Assembly (NCBI GenBank): GCA_039810425.1
Contig: JBDHWW010000049.1
Coordinates: 1-20,917, forward strand
Length of the DNA stretch: 20,917 nucleotides
From: Pseudobdellovibrionaceae bacterium
GTDB lineage: Bacteria; Bdellovibrionota; Bdellovibrionia; Bdellovibrionales; Bdellovibrionaceae
Direction of reading: 5' to 3'
Under the pieces are notes generated by a model. The model searched no databases, was not told the origin of the DNA, and saw only the letters and a list, made by a program, of their open reading frames with translations. Position 1 is the stretch's first letter, and every line of letters starts with the position of its first letter. Shown piece by piece: positions 6,792 through 16,358 of this stretch. The position numbers and the translations under genes were made by a program.

Positions 6792-8207
6792 ATGAGATAT
6801 CTGTTTTTTGTTTGTTTTTTAATTCTGTCGCGTCCAGTCCATGCACTAGAGTCCGTTTATCGGGCGGAGCTCCAAAAAATCATCAAAAAATACGGCGTTC
6901 CTGAATCGGATCTTGGTATTTACATCAGCAGCGGTGAAGGTGAGCATCAAGAGATTATTTTTGATTTGAATTCGAAAAAGAAAATGATTCCGGCGTCGAT
7001 TTCAAAAGTCGCAACGGCCTCCGCTGTTCTTGAATACTTCCCACCGGGCTACAAATTTAAAACGCAGCTCGTTTCGTCGGGGACAACTCAAGATAAAGTC
7101 TTGAAGGGGGATTTGTACCTAAAAGGCGGCGGTGATCCGAGTTTTGTCTCTGAAAACATGTGGTTCCTTGTGAATCACTTCAAACGCAACGAAATCCAAA
7201 AAATCGAAGGCGATGTCGTTGTCGATGACTCTCTTTTTGATTTAAAACGCTACGATTCCAGCCGTCAGCCTGAACGCGTGGACCGTGCTTACGATGCGCC
7301 GGTGGGGGCGATGTCATTTAACTGGAACTCTATTAACATCTTTGTTCGTCCCGCGGAAAAAGCGGGCGAACCCGCGGCGGTATTCTTGGATCCTGAAAAT
7401 GATTACGTTCGCCTTGTAAATAAGACGGTCACAACCGGCAGCGGTGAAAATAGTGTGGTCGCCTCCCGGGTAGAAGATAAAAACTTTGGTGGGGATGTGA
7501 TTCACGTCTCTGGAAAAATCGCTAAAGGTTCGAAGGAAGTCGTCATTTTCAAGAATATTACACAGCCGGATATTTGGTCTGGGTACAACTTGAAATCCTT
7601 CCTGGCTCAGCGTGGAATCACTGTGACCGGTAAAGTTCGCGCCGGCAAAGCGCCACTCAACTCAAGTGTGATGGCTGAGGCCGAAAGTAAAGGGATCGAG
7701 GGTTCGCTTGCGGATATGAACAAGTTCTCGAATAACTACGTTGCCGAAATGCTGACGAAGGATCTCGGGACACTCAAAGGGGGGCAAGGAACATTGGAGG
7801 CCGGCATGGCCATGATCAATGAGCATTTGAAAAAGCTCGGCCTGCCAGAGGACCAATATTACTTTCAAAACCCATCGGGATTCACTCGGGACAATCGCAT
7901 CAGCGCATTTGGTATGTGGAAGATCATGTCCCACTTACGCAATGATTTTAAGGTCCAGCCGGAATTTTTAACCTCGCTTCCAATCGCCGGCATTGATGGA
8001 ACGTTGAAAAAAAGGATGAAGAATTCTCCGGCAGAACGTTGGGTTCGTGCGAAGACCGGATTCTTGACGGATGTTGTTAGTCTCACCGGTTACGCTGGAC
8101 GTAGCGACGGTCGAGTTTTCACCTTTACTTTTATCTTCAATGGTACAAAAGATGAGGGGAGTGTGCGAAACTTCTATGATCAGATGCTCATCGCTCTGAC
8201 AAAGTAG
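6792..8207 (+). CDS. dacB: D-alanyl-D-alanine carboxypeptidase/endopeptidase (PBP4, peptidase S13)
   Basis: Signal peptide; SxxK (PASISK), LKGGGDP, SNN (KFSNNY), SLPIAGIDGTL, KTG (AKTGFL). Confidence 0.95.
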   Translation: MRYLFFVCFLILSRPVHALESVYRAELQKIIKKYGVPESDLGIYISSGEGEHQEIIFDLNSKKKMIPASISKVATASAVLEYFPPGYKFKTQLVSSGTTQDKVLKGDLYLKGGGDPSFVSENMWFLVNHFKRNEIQKIEGDVVVDDSLFDLKRYDSSRQPERVDRAYDAPVGAMSFNWNSINIFVRPAEKAGEPAAVFLDPENDYVRLVNKTVTTGSGENSVVASRVEDKNFGGDVIHVSGKIAKGSKEVVIFKNITQPDIWSGYNLKSFLAQRGITVTGKVRAGKAPLNSSVMAEAESKGIEGSLADMNKFSNNYVAEMLTKDLGTLKGGQGTLEAGMAMINEHLKKLGLPEDQYYFQNPSGFTRDNRISAFGMWKIMSHLRNDFKVQPEFLTSLPIAGIDGTLKKRMKNSPAERWVRAKTGFLTDVVSLTGYAGRSDGRVFTFTFIFNGTKDEGSVRNFYDQMLIALTK

Positions 8208-8238
8208 TTTTTGACGGCAAAGCCATGGAGGGTCTTGC

Positions 8239-9702
8239 TTGAAAGCCTTGGTGACAGCTCTTGCCCTGATTTTAGCAGTAACTTCTACGAGCCATGCTTT
8301 TGATTTCTTTGGGATGTTCTCCAATGAGCCCGCGGTCAAAGATGAAGATGCTGGGGCTGAAAGCACGACACCAGACGAAGAAAAGGTCAGCACCCTGGAT
8401 GAAGATACTCCTGTCGTGCAAACGGATGTCGCCGGCGGAAAAACTCTGACCGGAACGCGTCCTTTCCGTGCGCCTGATTTCAGCGGCCAAGAAAAGGCGC
8501 TCGGTTACAGTGCGGACGCCTTTGCAACACCCAAGGGCATGGAGCGGCAGCTCGCTTTCTGGATTGATATCTATTCTAAGTACACAACAGACCAAGGTTT
8601 GATTCACGATACGGAAAACTTGGATATTGTATATGCCGAAATCGATTTTAAAGACATTGTGAATGATGATTCATTGAGCGGCCGGCAAAAAGAGAAGAAG
8701 AAGAAGAAGAGGGTCGATGATAAGAAAAAAGAGATCGTCGATATTTTGCATAAGCTTGATAAAATGGATACACCCGAGGGGTTGACCGAATATGAAAAGC
8801 GCATTTGGGATTTTTATAAGAGTGACAATGAGCCGCACAAGTTCCGCGAGGCGGCTCATAAATCCCGCATTCGTTTCCAGTTAGGTCAAAAAGACCGCAT
8901 GCAAGCGGCGATCTTTTTTTCAGGCCGGTATCTTGAAAACATGGAAAAGATTTTTCGTGATGCGGGATTGCCGATCGAGCTGACGCGCTTGGTATTCGTG
9001 GAAAGTTCGTTTAACGTGCTAGCGCGCTCTAAAGTGGGCGCGAGCGGTTTGTGGCAGATTATGCGTTACACCGCTCGCCCGTATAGAATGATCAACGATG
9101 CGGTCGATCAACGAAATCATCCGATGGCGGCAACGAAGCTCGCGTCTCGTCTTATGCGTGATAACTACAATATGTTGAAGGCATGGCCGCTTGCGATGAC
9201 CGGGTACAATCACGGTCCAACGGGAGTTCGCAAGTTGACGGAGAAGTATAAAACACGTGATCTTGCGGAATTGATTCAAAACGTGAGATCCCGTCGTAGT
9301 TTCGGTTTTGCATCGAGAAATTTTTACGCATGCTTCCTCGCCGTTCTTGCGGTGGAGAAAAGTGCTCCGAAATATTTTCCGAAAGTTGCTTGGTCTCAAC
9401 CACTGGACCTTGAGGAAATCAAACTTCCTGTCTCCGTTAAATATAAAGACTTACTCACTTGGTTTGACGGCAATGACGAAAAGGCGGAAGTCTTCAATCC
9501 GCACATTTCCCGCCATGCAAGACGTGGTGGCATTTCGATCCCAGCCAAGACACTGATTTCAATACCTAAAGATCGCTACAACCAGGCACTGATCAGTTTG
9601 GCGAGAGGTGAGTTCAAATACGCGGTGAATATGGGCCCTGAAATTAAAGCTCCGGAAGAGGCCAAAGGGCCCGAGGTCAAAGCTGCGGAGCCTGCAAAAT
9701 AA
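8239..9702 (+). CDS. MltD-like SLT-domain lytic transglycosylase (no obvious LysM)
   Basis: TTG start with GGAGG RBS; signal peptide; FVESSFN (catalytic Glu), SKVGASGLWQIM, AMTGYNHG. Confidence 0.9.
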   Translation: MKALVTALALILAVTSTSHAFDFFGMFSNEPAVKDEDAGAESTTPDEEKVSTLDEDTPVVQTDVAGGKTLTGTRPFRAPDFSGQEKALGYSADAFATPKGMERQLAFWIDIYSKYTTDQGLIHDTENLDIVYAEIDFKDIVNDDSLSGRQKEKKKKKRVDDKKKEIVDILHKLDKMDTPEGLTEYEKRIWDFYKSDNEPHKFREAAHKSRIRFQLGQKDRMQAAIFFSGRYLENMEKIFRDAGLPIELTRLVFVESSFNVLARSKVGASGLWQIMRYTARPYRMINDAVDQRNHPMAATKLASRLMRDNYNMLKAWPLAMTGYNHGPTGVRKLTEKYKTRDLAELIQNVRSRRSFGFASRNFYACFLAVLAVEKSAPKYFPKVAWSQPLDLEEIKLPVSVKYKDLLTWFDGNDEKAEVFNPHISRHARRGGISIPAKTLISIPKDRYNQALISLARGEFKYAVNMGPEIKAPEEAKGPEVKAAEPAK

Positions 9703-9754
9703 TTCCATAAACTGGACTAGTGAATTGCTCCCATCGAGATAAAAATTAAGTGAT

Positions 9755-11302
9755 ATGGGAAAAAGTAAAAGTACTTTAATATTCCTCGGTGTTTGCGCAT
9801 TTGCTTTAGTTATTTCCTCTTTAATCTCGTTCCAGCGCTCCCAAGGAAATGAAGCCGGTGCGGAGTTATCAAGCATGGGCGCCGCAGCTGCGCCCTCTTC
9901 AAACTATCGGGGCCCGGTGGATGACTGTCTTCAGAGCGACCTCCTTTATGGACGCGCCAATCACCTCGCGGCCGATTGCACGGCAAACTATGTGCACTTC
10001 TATCCGGAGAACATGAATCCGCGCATGGCGGAAAGCACCAACGGGGAATTGGGTATTGGCTCTTTCAATCTTTTCCACTTGGGCGACAATCAGTCTTCAA
10101 TGAAGCATTACGGGCTGGTCGCAAAGATCATGAATCAATGGGACATCGTCGGCGCACAAGAGATGATGCCGCTTCCGGGGGACTGGGCGACGGCAAATCA
10201 AAAAATTTATGAACTGATTTCCAGACGTAATGGTAAAATGGTGACGCTCTTATCTGACAACTGGTCGGTTGTAGTGCCGGGTTATTTGCGTTTGCTGATG
10301 GCGCTGCAAACCTTGGATCCTAGCTGGGCTGTGATTCTGCAACCGGTGCCTGAGGGCGAAGGCACCAGTGGCGAGATGGCGGGTTTCTACTACCGCTCAA
10401 AAAAAGTCCGCTTGAAAGACTGGGGCTATTGCCCATCGGATCGCTCCGTTGACTTAAAGACAAATAATAAAGTTGGCAACTTTGCCTGTCTATTGCAGAT
10501 TCCGGATGACCAGCGCCGTTTAATGTCGCGTGTGGCGTTCACGGCTTATTTCCAAGCAGGCAAGTTTGATTTCGTGGGGGTGACGACCCATGTAAGGTTC
10601 CGTGCTGCCGATGCGGAAGCGGACTTAAAAGAACAAGCGGACGATGTTTGCAGCTTCCACGAAAATGCGGCGAAATGTAAACCGACAAAAGACGAAGTCG
10701 GCCGTTTCTTTGAAGTGGCCGCCACGGTGAATCAGTTTAAAGATATCAGGCAGATTGCGGGCGATAACGACATTATCTTTACCGGTGATTTCAACTTGCA
10801 AGATGATCCAAAGAGCAAAGGTCTTTGGAGGGCCGCTTTGAACCCGGCCCCGGGGTTTGTCGTAGCTCAAAACGGTTTGACTACTTTGAGCGTCAAAAGC
10901 GCAAAGTTGATCAGCGACTACGACCACTTTATTTTGGACACAAAAGCCACTTCTGAGTGTGATGTTCAAAGCATTCGTCCCTTTGACTTTACCACGGCAG
11001 ATACAAGTTCTGATCCGGTCATGAGGGAGATCGCCAAATTCCTCAAGCCCTCGATGCAGCAAGCCTATCTTCAGGATGCGCAGAATGCGATGTCGACTTT
11101 GGCAAAATATCAAGCGGGCCGTGGTAGTACCGATGGCAGCGTACGCCCACTGAGTGACAAAGAAAAAGCGGATATGATTCGCAGCTATACTGAGGCCGTT
11201 CAGCGCATGAAGGCCAATAAATACGGCGCTTTGATGGAGCTGATCAGTGATCACGTTCCAATCGAAATGCGTTGCCGTATTCCTTTTCGCGATGATGATT
11301 AA
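9755..11302 (+). CDS. Exported EEP (endonuclease/exonuclease/phosphatase, DNase I-like) family protein
   Basis: N-terminal hydrophobic signal/anchor; motifs in the expected order: GSFN, DIVGAQE, TTH, FTGDFN, SDYDHF, ISDHVPI. Confidence 0.85.
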   Translation: MGKSKSTLIFLGVCAFALVISSLISFQRSQGNEAGAELSSMGAAAAPSSNYRGPVDDCLQSDLLYGRANHLAADCTANYVHFYPENMNPRMAESTNGELGIGSFNLFHLGDNQSSMKHYGLVAKIMNQWDIVGAQEMMPLPGDWATANQKIYELISRRNGKMVTLLSDNWSVVVPGYLRLLMALQTLDPSWAVILQPVPEGEGTSGEMAGFYYRSKKVRLKDWGYCPSDRSVDLKTNNKVGNFACLLQIPDDQRRLMSRVAFTAYFQAGKFDFVGVTTHVRFRAADAEADLKEQADDVCSFHENAAKCKPTKDEVGRFFEVAATVNQFKDIRQIAGDNDIIFTGDFNLQDDPKSKGLWRAALNPAPGFVVAQNGLTTLSVKSAKLISDYDHFILDTKATSECDVQSIRPFDFTTADTSSDPVMREIAKFLKPSMQQAYLQDAQNAMSTLAKYQAGRGSTDGSVRPLSDKEKADMIRSYTEAVQRMKANKYGALMELISDHVPIEMRCRIPFRDDD

Positions 11303-11332
11303 GAAAGTGTAAATGCAGGAGCAAAATATATT

Positions 11333-13039
11333 ATGAAAGTAAAATCATTACTGACACTAGGTAGTGGCCTTTTTTTTGTGGTAGGCTTCATGGCATGCAC
11401 GCAGACAGAAAAAACGCCGATGCCGACGGAATCGGTGCGCGCGCCCGCAGCGATCCAAGATGATCCCGCGCGCTTGGTTTACGTGACCTATGGAAAAGAC
11501 GGAAAAGCGAACCGCGAAGAGATCACGGCGGCTCGCTGGCTCGGAAAAAACGGCGGTTTCAGCGCTGGCGGCCGCGAAGATTATCTTCTCAAAATTTATT
11601 ACTCCAACACGCGCGAAACCTCCCTGAAGGGTCTTCGTCATGCATCGTGCTTCTTTGGGGATGCCACGACGGTGGCAAAAGAATTCTTCCCAGAAGGAAG
11701 CGCCATTGCTGAAATCCGTAACTTACGTACGGCGGTTCCTGAGGTGAAAGCAAGTTCTGATGGCCGTATGCTGGGTGTCGCTTTTGATCACAATGCCAAA
11801 GGTCGCGTCAGCTTCCGCTTGGCCCACTGCGAATCCGGTAAGTCGACCATCTCTGACCGTATCATTTCAAACTGGGCCGATGGAAAGCCATCTCAAAAAG
11901 TAAGTGGCCTGAAGGCGGCGAAAAAGCGAACCGTTGCCAGCAACCAGCGTGACGATGGTTTCCAGATCTTTGACGATACCCCGTTCTCGGAAGACCTGCC
12001 GCTTTTCAAATTGCGCGCAGACTATGGCAAAGCCTCCCAGCATCCGGATGCGAAACCTTGGGCCGGGTTGGATTTGAAAGATCCAAGACAAGCATTGAAG
12101 TTTACTTTGCTGGTTCAAAAATATTTCTATGAAAATATGGTGAACCAAAATCCACGCAATGCAAACTACAACTTCATCGCGCAAAATAATAAGAACCGTT
12201 TCTGGTGCCATATGCCATGGATGCACGTCGGTCCAAACGGTCGTGAAGCGATCCATGGGATGACAAAGGAACGTGACTTGAATCCTTCGATGCAAATTCC
12301 AGTTTATAAGAATGCCACCCCGGGTTCTGACTGGGGTGTGGCCTACTTCAACAACACCGGCTGTAACTCGATTGAACAGGTTTTTGGCACGTCGACAAAT
12401 CCGAAACGTGATCCGAACTTCATGGCCGGCAAGTTCGGCGATGGAACCGTGATCACTAAAATGCTCTTCACGACAGCGGACTTCCCAGAGATTAAAGGCG
12501 CTTATACTTGGCGTGCAACCGTCAGCGGCCCTGGGGAAACACAGCGCAAGTTGCAAAACGTCCGTCATATCCAAATGGATATCGCGGTAAAGGACTCCTC
12601 TTTGAAGGGTACGACACCCGCGCTGGAAAACTGGGTGATGGCGGGTTTCTATTACGACCCAAATTACGACTTTGATAAAGAGTTGCGCACGGTGCTGGGT
12701 GAAGAGAATCCTTTGAAGAGCATTCCTAATGTTCCAAAGGAGCTCTTTAAAATGCGTCCAATGGGTGTTCAAACAGGCTTCGATTCTCCGGATAAGGGCG
12801 AGTCCATTATTTTCCCGGGAGCATATACCAACGGTTCTGGCGGCCGTTTGAATGGACCTGCCGACAACCCGAAAACAAGTTGCTTAGGATGTCACGGAGC
12901 TGCGGGAACAGGCGCGAAGATGATTCCGGGCTTCCTTTCGATGAGAATGTTTGAGCCGTACGTCGGCAATACGGTTTTGGATTTCAACCAGCAGTTTGCT
13001 TTGGCTAAGGAAAACTTTGAAACGGATATGCAGCAGTAG
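11333..13039 (+). CDS. Uncharacterised lipoprotein with a single C-terminal CxxCH heme-c motif
   Basis: Lipobox-like GFMA-C (Cys22); GRLNGPADNPKTSCLGCH (CxxCH at 12881-12895); GGAG RBS upstream. Confidence 0.75.
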   Translation: MKVKSLLTLGSGLFFVVGFMACTQTEKTPMPTESVRAPAAIQDDPARLVYVTYGKDGKANREEITAARWLGKNGGFSAGGREDYLLKIYYSNTRETSLKGLRHASCFFGDATTVAKEFFPEGSAIAEIRNLRTAVPEVKASSDGRMLGVAFDHNAKGRVSFRLAHCESGKSTISDRIISNWADGKPSQKVSGLKAAKKRTVASNQRDDGFQIFDDTPFSEDLPLFKLRADYGKASQHPDAKPWAGLDLKDPRQALKFTLLVQKYFYENMVNQNPRNANYNFIAQNNKNRFWCHMPWMHVGPNGREAIHGMTKERDLNPSMQIPVYKNATPGSDWGVAYFNNTGCNSIEQVFGTSTNPKRDPNFMAGKFGDGTVITKMLFTTADFPEIKGAYTWRATVSGPGETQRKLQNVRHIQMDIAVKDSSLKGTTPALENWVMAGFYYDPNYDFDKELRTVLGEENPLKSIPNVPKELFKMRPMGVQTGFDSPDKGESIIFPGAYTNGSGGRLNGPADNPKTSCLGCHGAAGTGAKMIPGFLSMRMFEPYVGNTVLDFNQQFALAKENFETDMQQ

Positions 13040-13122
13040 GCATGATGTTTCCCATGAGTAAACAAAGAGTAGCTTCTTTCAGGCTGGAAATCGTCTAATT
13101 TCGGCGGTTCTTAAATCCCCAC

Positions 13123-14361
13123 TTAGTGGATAGGGTCGATCGTGGCATCGAGTACGCGATACGGGTTGTCCGCATATTCGAGTAAGTATAATACAGGCTC
13201 CAGATTTTTTCGTTGGACATCTGGAATGATTCCCGCGCCCGGATAAAATCCGGCGCTTCCACCCCAGCCGTTATTGGTTGGGTCCAGTTCAAAAGTAAAT
13301 GAAATGATCTTGTGTTCGCCGTAAGCCCAATCGGTCGTGTCACCGCTGGCTTGATATAATGACGACGACTGCTGAGGGGTGTAGTTATTCCACGTCGCCA
13401 TTTTTTCAGCCATCTTCTGGTGAACCAGCTGATCGCGGGAAATATCAATGCCGGCATACTTATAACCCCAGGGATAAAGGATTAATTCTGAAAACGTATG
13501 GAAGGTGAGCAGAACCGTGATGTTCTGATGAACCTCGACGTAATTTTTCACAGCGATAGTTTCAGGCTCACTGAATGCATGGGGACCTTTATAGGTTTCG
13601 CTGTTGGCGTTTCCGCTCGATCCGCCTGTGCCCCATTGGTAGCCATAGTTGCGATTGAGGTCGACACCGTAGGTGCCGTCGCCGTTGCGGCTACGATTCT
13701 TACGCCACAATCTGTAGTTGCTGCCGGCGATGTCGAATTCCAAGCCATCCGGATTCACCGCTGGGATGATGTGAATGTCACGGCCATTGAGCAAATTCAC
13801 GATGCGTGGAGTGCCTTTCGTGTATTCACTGAGGAAGTATTCCGCATAGTAAAGAGGAAGCTCCACTGACAAGTGCTCACGCGCATGGTGGCCTCCCATA
13901 TAGATCGCGGCCGGTAAGCTGTCAGCTTGAGCCAGGTTTCCGGAAATACGCAGCACCCAAATGTCGCGGCCTTCAACAGATTTCCCAACCGACGAAAGTT
14001 TCACCAGATTTGGATAGGTGGCAACCAGTTCTTGCACCTTCTGAGTGAGTTCGGCGTAGTTGTGATAAGCCGCATCTTTCGCCGGGAAGTCCATGGCGCC
14101 TGTGAGGGGAAAGCTTACGTCGAGCCAGCCGAGCTTTTCAAGGGCCTTTTTTTCATTCAGTGTGCCGGTGGCGGCAACGAAGTCTTCGCGTATGCTTTCG
14201 ATAGATACGCCGGTATTGGCGATCACACTGCGCTGGAGTCGATTCTTCGCACGAATTTTCATCCAAAAGAGATTTGTATCCGAGGAGTGGGCTTGTTGGG
14301 CAGAAAAAATCAGAGTTAGAGCGGCAAATCCGATTGCCATGATGTTCTTGAGAGCCTTCAT
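13123..14361 (-). CDS. Secreted M14 zinc carboxypeptidase (carboxypeptidase T-like, with prodomain)
   Basis: Signal peptide; HHAREH (HxxE), WRKNR, GVDLNRNY, TFHTFS, ASGDTTDW, FTFEL; strong AAGGAGG RBS. Confidence 0.93.
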   Translation of the reverse strand: MKALKNIMAIGFAALTLIFSAQQAHSSDTNLFWMKIRAKNRLQRSVIANTGVSIESIREDFVAATGTLNEKKALEKLGWLDVSFPLTGAMDFPAKDAAYHNYAELTQKVQELVATYPNLVKLSSVGKSVEGRDIWVLRISGNLAQADSLPAAIYMGGHHAREHLSVELPLYYAEYFLSEYTKGTPRIVNLLNGRDIHIIPAVNPDGLEFDIAGSNYRLWRKNRSRNGDGTYGVDLNRNYGYQWGTGGSSGNANSETYKGPHAFSEPETIAVKNYVEVHQNITVLLTFHTFSELILYPWGYKYAGIDISRDQLVHQKMAEKMATWNNYTPQQSSSLYQASGDTTDWAYGEHKIISFTFELDPTNNGWGGSAGFYPGAGIIPDVQRKNLEPVLYLLEYADNPYRVLDATIDPIH

Positions 14362-14440
14362 GGTTCTCCTCCTTAGAATGTAGCCCAGAGGCTAGCACAG
14401 CTGAGAAAGGAGGCAACGCGACGAAGGTCTAGGTTTGGTT

Positions 14441-14776
14441 TTACTGAGAGCGGTTTCGGGACAGCATTTTCGTCATTGTCTCTTGGCGGTTCAGAAAGCA
14501 AACGCCGAGGCCGAGACTTTTTCCCCAAACGACTTCCGCATTCACACTGTGAGTGCGGCCGAGGGTTTCAAGTGGAATGGTGACACGAATGACGTCACCT
14601 TTTTGCGGAATGTAATCGCCTTGAATGATTTCCAGAAAGGCACCGGTGAGCGAGAGATTTTTCATTTCCGCAATCAAAGTGCCCATGCGGCCGAAGATCT
14701 CGAGGTAAGCGCGCTCTTGGGTCATATATCTCTCGGTAAAAATATTACTATTCATCATCGGCTGGTCCCTTTGCAT
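14441..14776 (-). CDS. Stand-alone PilZ-domain protein
   Basis: ERY..., NLSLTGA (D/NxSxxG), AEVVW, GLGVCF; the start may be a downstream Met. Confidence 0.85.
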   Translation of the reverse strand: MQRDQPMMNSNIFTERYMTQERAYLEIFGRMGTLIAEMKNLSLTGAFLEIIQGDYIPQKGDVIRVTIPLETLGRTHSVNAEVVWGKSLGLGVCFLNRQETMTKMLSRNRSQ

Positions 14777-14791
14777 AAGTCTACCTTCTTA

Positions 14792-14820
14792 TTATCGGCG
14801 ATAACATCGCGGAAACTAAG
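14792..14820 (-). promoter_or_regulatory. Sigma28 (FliA)-like promoter of the PilZ gene
   Basis: Minus strand CTTAG-N16-GCCGATAA (perfect -10 box), followed by AGAAGG and ATG. Confidence 0.65.
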
Positions 14821-14912
14821 TTCTTTCGCGGGCTTTGGTGGTATTTCTCATTCTGAGAAGGTCGAAATTAGAAGGTTTTAGAAAGTGTCAAACTTGTGTG
14901 CCGGGCCGGGAT

Positions 14913-15407
14913 CTACTTTTTCTTTTCGTAAGTCAGGAACGAGAAGGGAACTGGTTCCGCACGATCAGACTTTGCCACCAACTCGAAGCTTGCCGGAATT
15001 TCAGGGTAGTGGGTGTCTCCCTCGAAGTCTTTATAGATCACTGTGAGGTAAATTCTGTCAGTGATGTTCATGGATTGCTTGTAGATTTCGCCGCCGCCGA
15101 CGATGAAAACTTCGTCACCCCACTGAGCGGTCAGGGGCTTTGCGGCTTCGACGGCTTCGTCCAGCGTCTTCACGTATTTTACAAGGGGATTCGTTGAAAC
15201 CAAATCCTGGCGGGTGATCACGATGTGGTAGCGCTGAGGCAAAGGCCTGCCGCCAAGTGAATCAAAGGTTTTACGGCCCATGATCATGATGTGGCCCTTG
15301 GTGGTGTCACGGAAGAATTTCAAATCCTCTGGCAAGCTCCATGGCAAAGTGTTGGCGGCACCAATCACGCGGTTTTGTGACATCGCAGTGACGTGGGTTA
15401 ACATCAT
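14913..15407 (-). CDS. folA: Dihydrofolate reductase
   Basis: [48 protein letters not shown] overlap with the thyA stop. Confidence 0.96.
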   Translation of the reverse strand: MMLTHVTAMSQNRVIGAANTLPWSLPEDLKFFRDTTKGHIMIMGRKTFDSLGGRPLPQRYHIVITRQDLVSTNPLVKYVKTLDEAVEAAKPLTAQWGDEVFIVGGGEIYKQSMNITDRIYLTVIYKDFEGDTHYPEIPASFELVAKSDRAEPVPFSFLTYEKKK

Positions 15408-16198
15408 ACGGCCACCTCGCCTTTGATTGCTGGATGTGGATCGTAGCCTACAATCTGAATATCCTCGAATTTGAAATCGAAAAGGTTTTTGACGTCAGGA
15501 TTTAAAACCAATTTCGGTAGGGGCCGGCACTCACGCTGGAGTTGGGTTTTCACTTGCTCCAAGTGGTTGTTGTAAATGTGCGCGTCCCCCAAGGTGTGGA
15601 TGAACTCGCCGGCTTTCAGACCGCAAACTTGGGCAATCATATGCACGAGTAAGGCGTAGCTTGCGATATTGAACGGCACACCCAGGAAGATATCGGCACT
15701 TCGTTGATAGAGCTGGCAAGAAAGTTTGCCATCAGCGACGTAGAACTGGAAGAAGGCATGGCACGGAGGCAAAGCCATCTTATCAACGTCTGACGGGTTG
15801 AACGCAACCACCATGAGGCGGCGTGAATCTGGATTTTTCTTGATTTGCTCAACCACGTTGGCGATTTGGTCGATCTTGCGGCCGTCAGAGGTTTCCCAGG
15901 AACGCCATTGCTTGCCGTAAACGGGGCCGAGGTTGCCCTCGTCGTCCGCCCACTCATCCCAAATCGTGACTTTGTTGTCTTGCAGATACTTGATATTGGT
16001 GTCGCCTCTTAAGAACCACAGGAGTTCATGAAAGATCGCGCGCGTGTAAAGCTTCTTTGTCGTCAAAAGCGGGAAGCCTTCTTCGAGGTTGAAGCGCATC
16101 TGATAGCCGAACACGCTGATTGTGCCCGTGCCGGTCCTGTCGGACTTTTGGTTCCCTTGGACGAGAACGTGTTTCAATAGATCGTGATATTGGCGCAT
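15404..16198 (-). CDS. thyA: Thymidylate synthase (264 aa, start MRQYHDL)
   Basis: [68 protein letters not shown] before the ATG at 16198, so the ORF-track start at 16270 is too far upstream. Confidence 0.97.
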   Translation of the reverse strand: MRQYHDLLKHVLVQGNQKSDRTGTGTISVFGYQMRFNLEEGFPLLTTKKLYTRAIFHELLWFLRGDTNIKYLQDNKVTIWDEWADDEGNLGPVYGKQWRSWETSDGRKIDQIANVVEQIKKNPDSRRLMVVAFNPSDVDKMALPPCHAFFQFYVADGKLSCQLYQRSADIFLGVPFNIASYALLVHMIAQVCGLKAGEFIHTLGDAHIYNNHLEQVKTQLQRECRPLPKLVLNPDVKNLFDFKFEDIQIVGYDPHPAIKGEVAV

Positions 16199-16358
16199 AG
16201 GACCTCCGGAGTTGACGACTCCCATTCTATGAGAGCGGCCCCCGTTGTCTGCCTTTTTCGCGCTGGGCAAGTGATTTTTTACTGTCGTTTAGACTGTTCT
16301 CAGGGCTTTAAAACCCATTTGCTTGATTTCCCGGCAATAAATTGGTTTAACGCTCCCC

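Noticed and set aside
8692..8710. (AAG)n run, and the GPE(I/V)KA tandem at the SLT C-terminus
   Set aside because: In-frame low-complexity Lys run and a short linker duplication; no phase-variation potential.
9713..9728. Sigma54-like TGG...TTGC upstream of the EEP gene (and TGGC...TTGA at 17989-18003)
   Set aside because: The first has 11-nt rather than the strict 10-nt GG-GC spacing; the second lacks the -12 GC.
11370..11377. T8 tract in the heme-lipoprotein signal sequence
   Set aside because: Too short for confident slippage; similar T8 runs occur in dsbD and the radical-SAM gene.
11867..12772. 301-aa antisense ORF (and other shadow ORFs such as 10625-11254 and 17094-17708)
   Set aside because: They lie entirely opposite well-supported genes, with no motifs or RBS; such ORFs are expected from codon bias.
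16199..16270. N-terminal extensions of ThyA (from 16270) and PLD (from 18006) in the ORF track
   Set aside because: Downstream ATGs have GGAGG RBSs and give the canonical ThyA length or a proper signal peptide.
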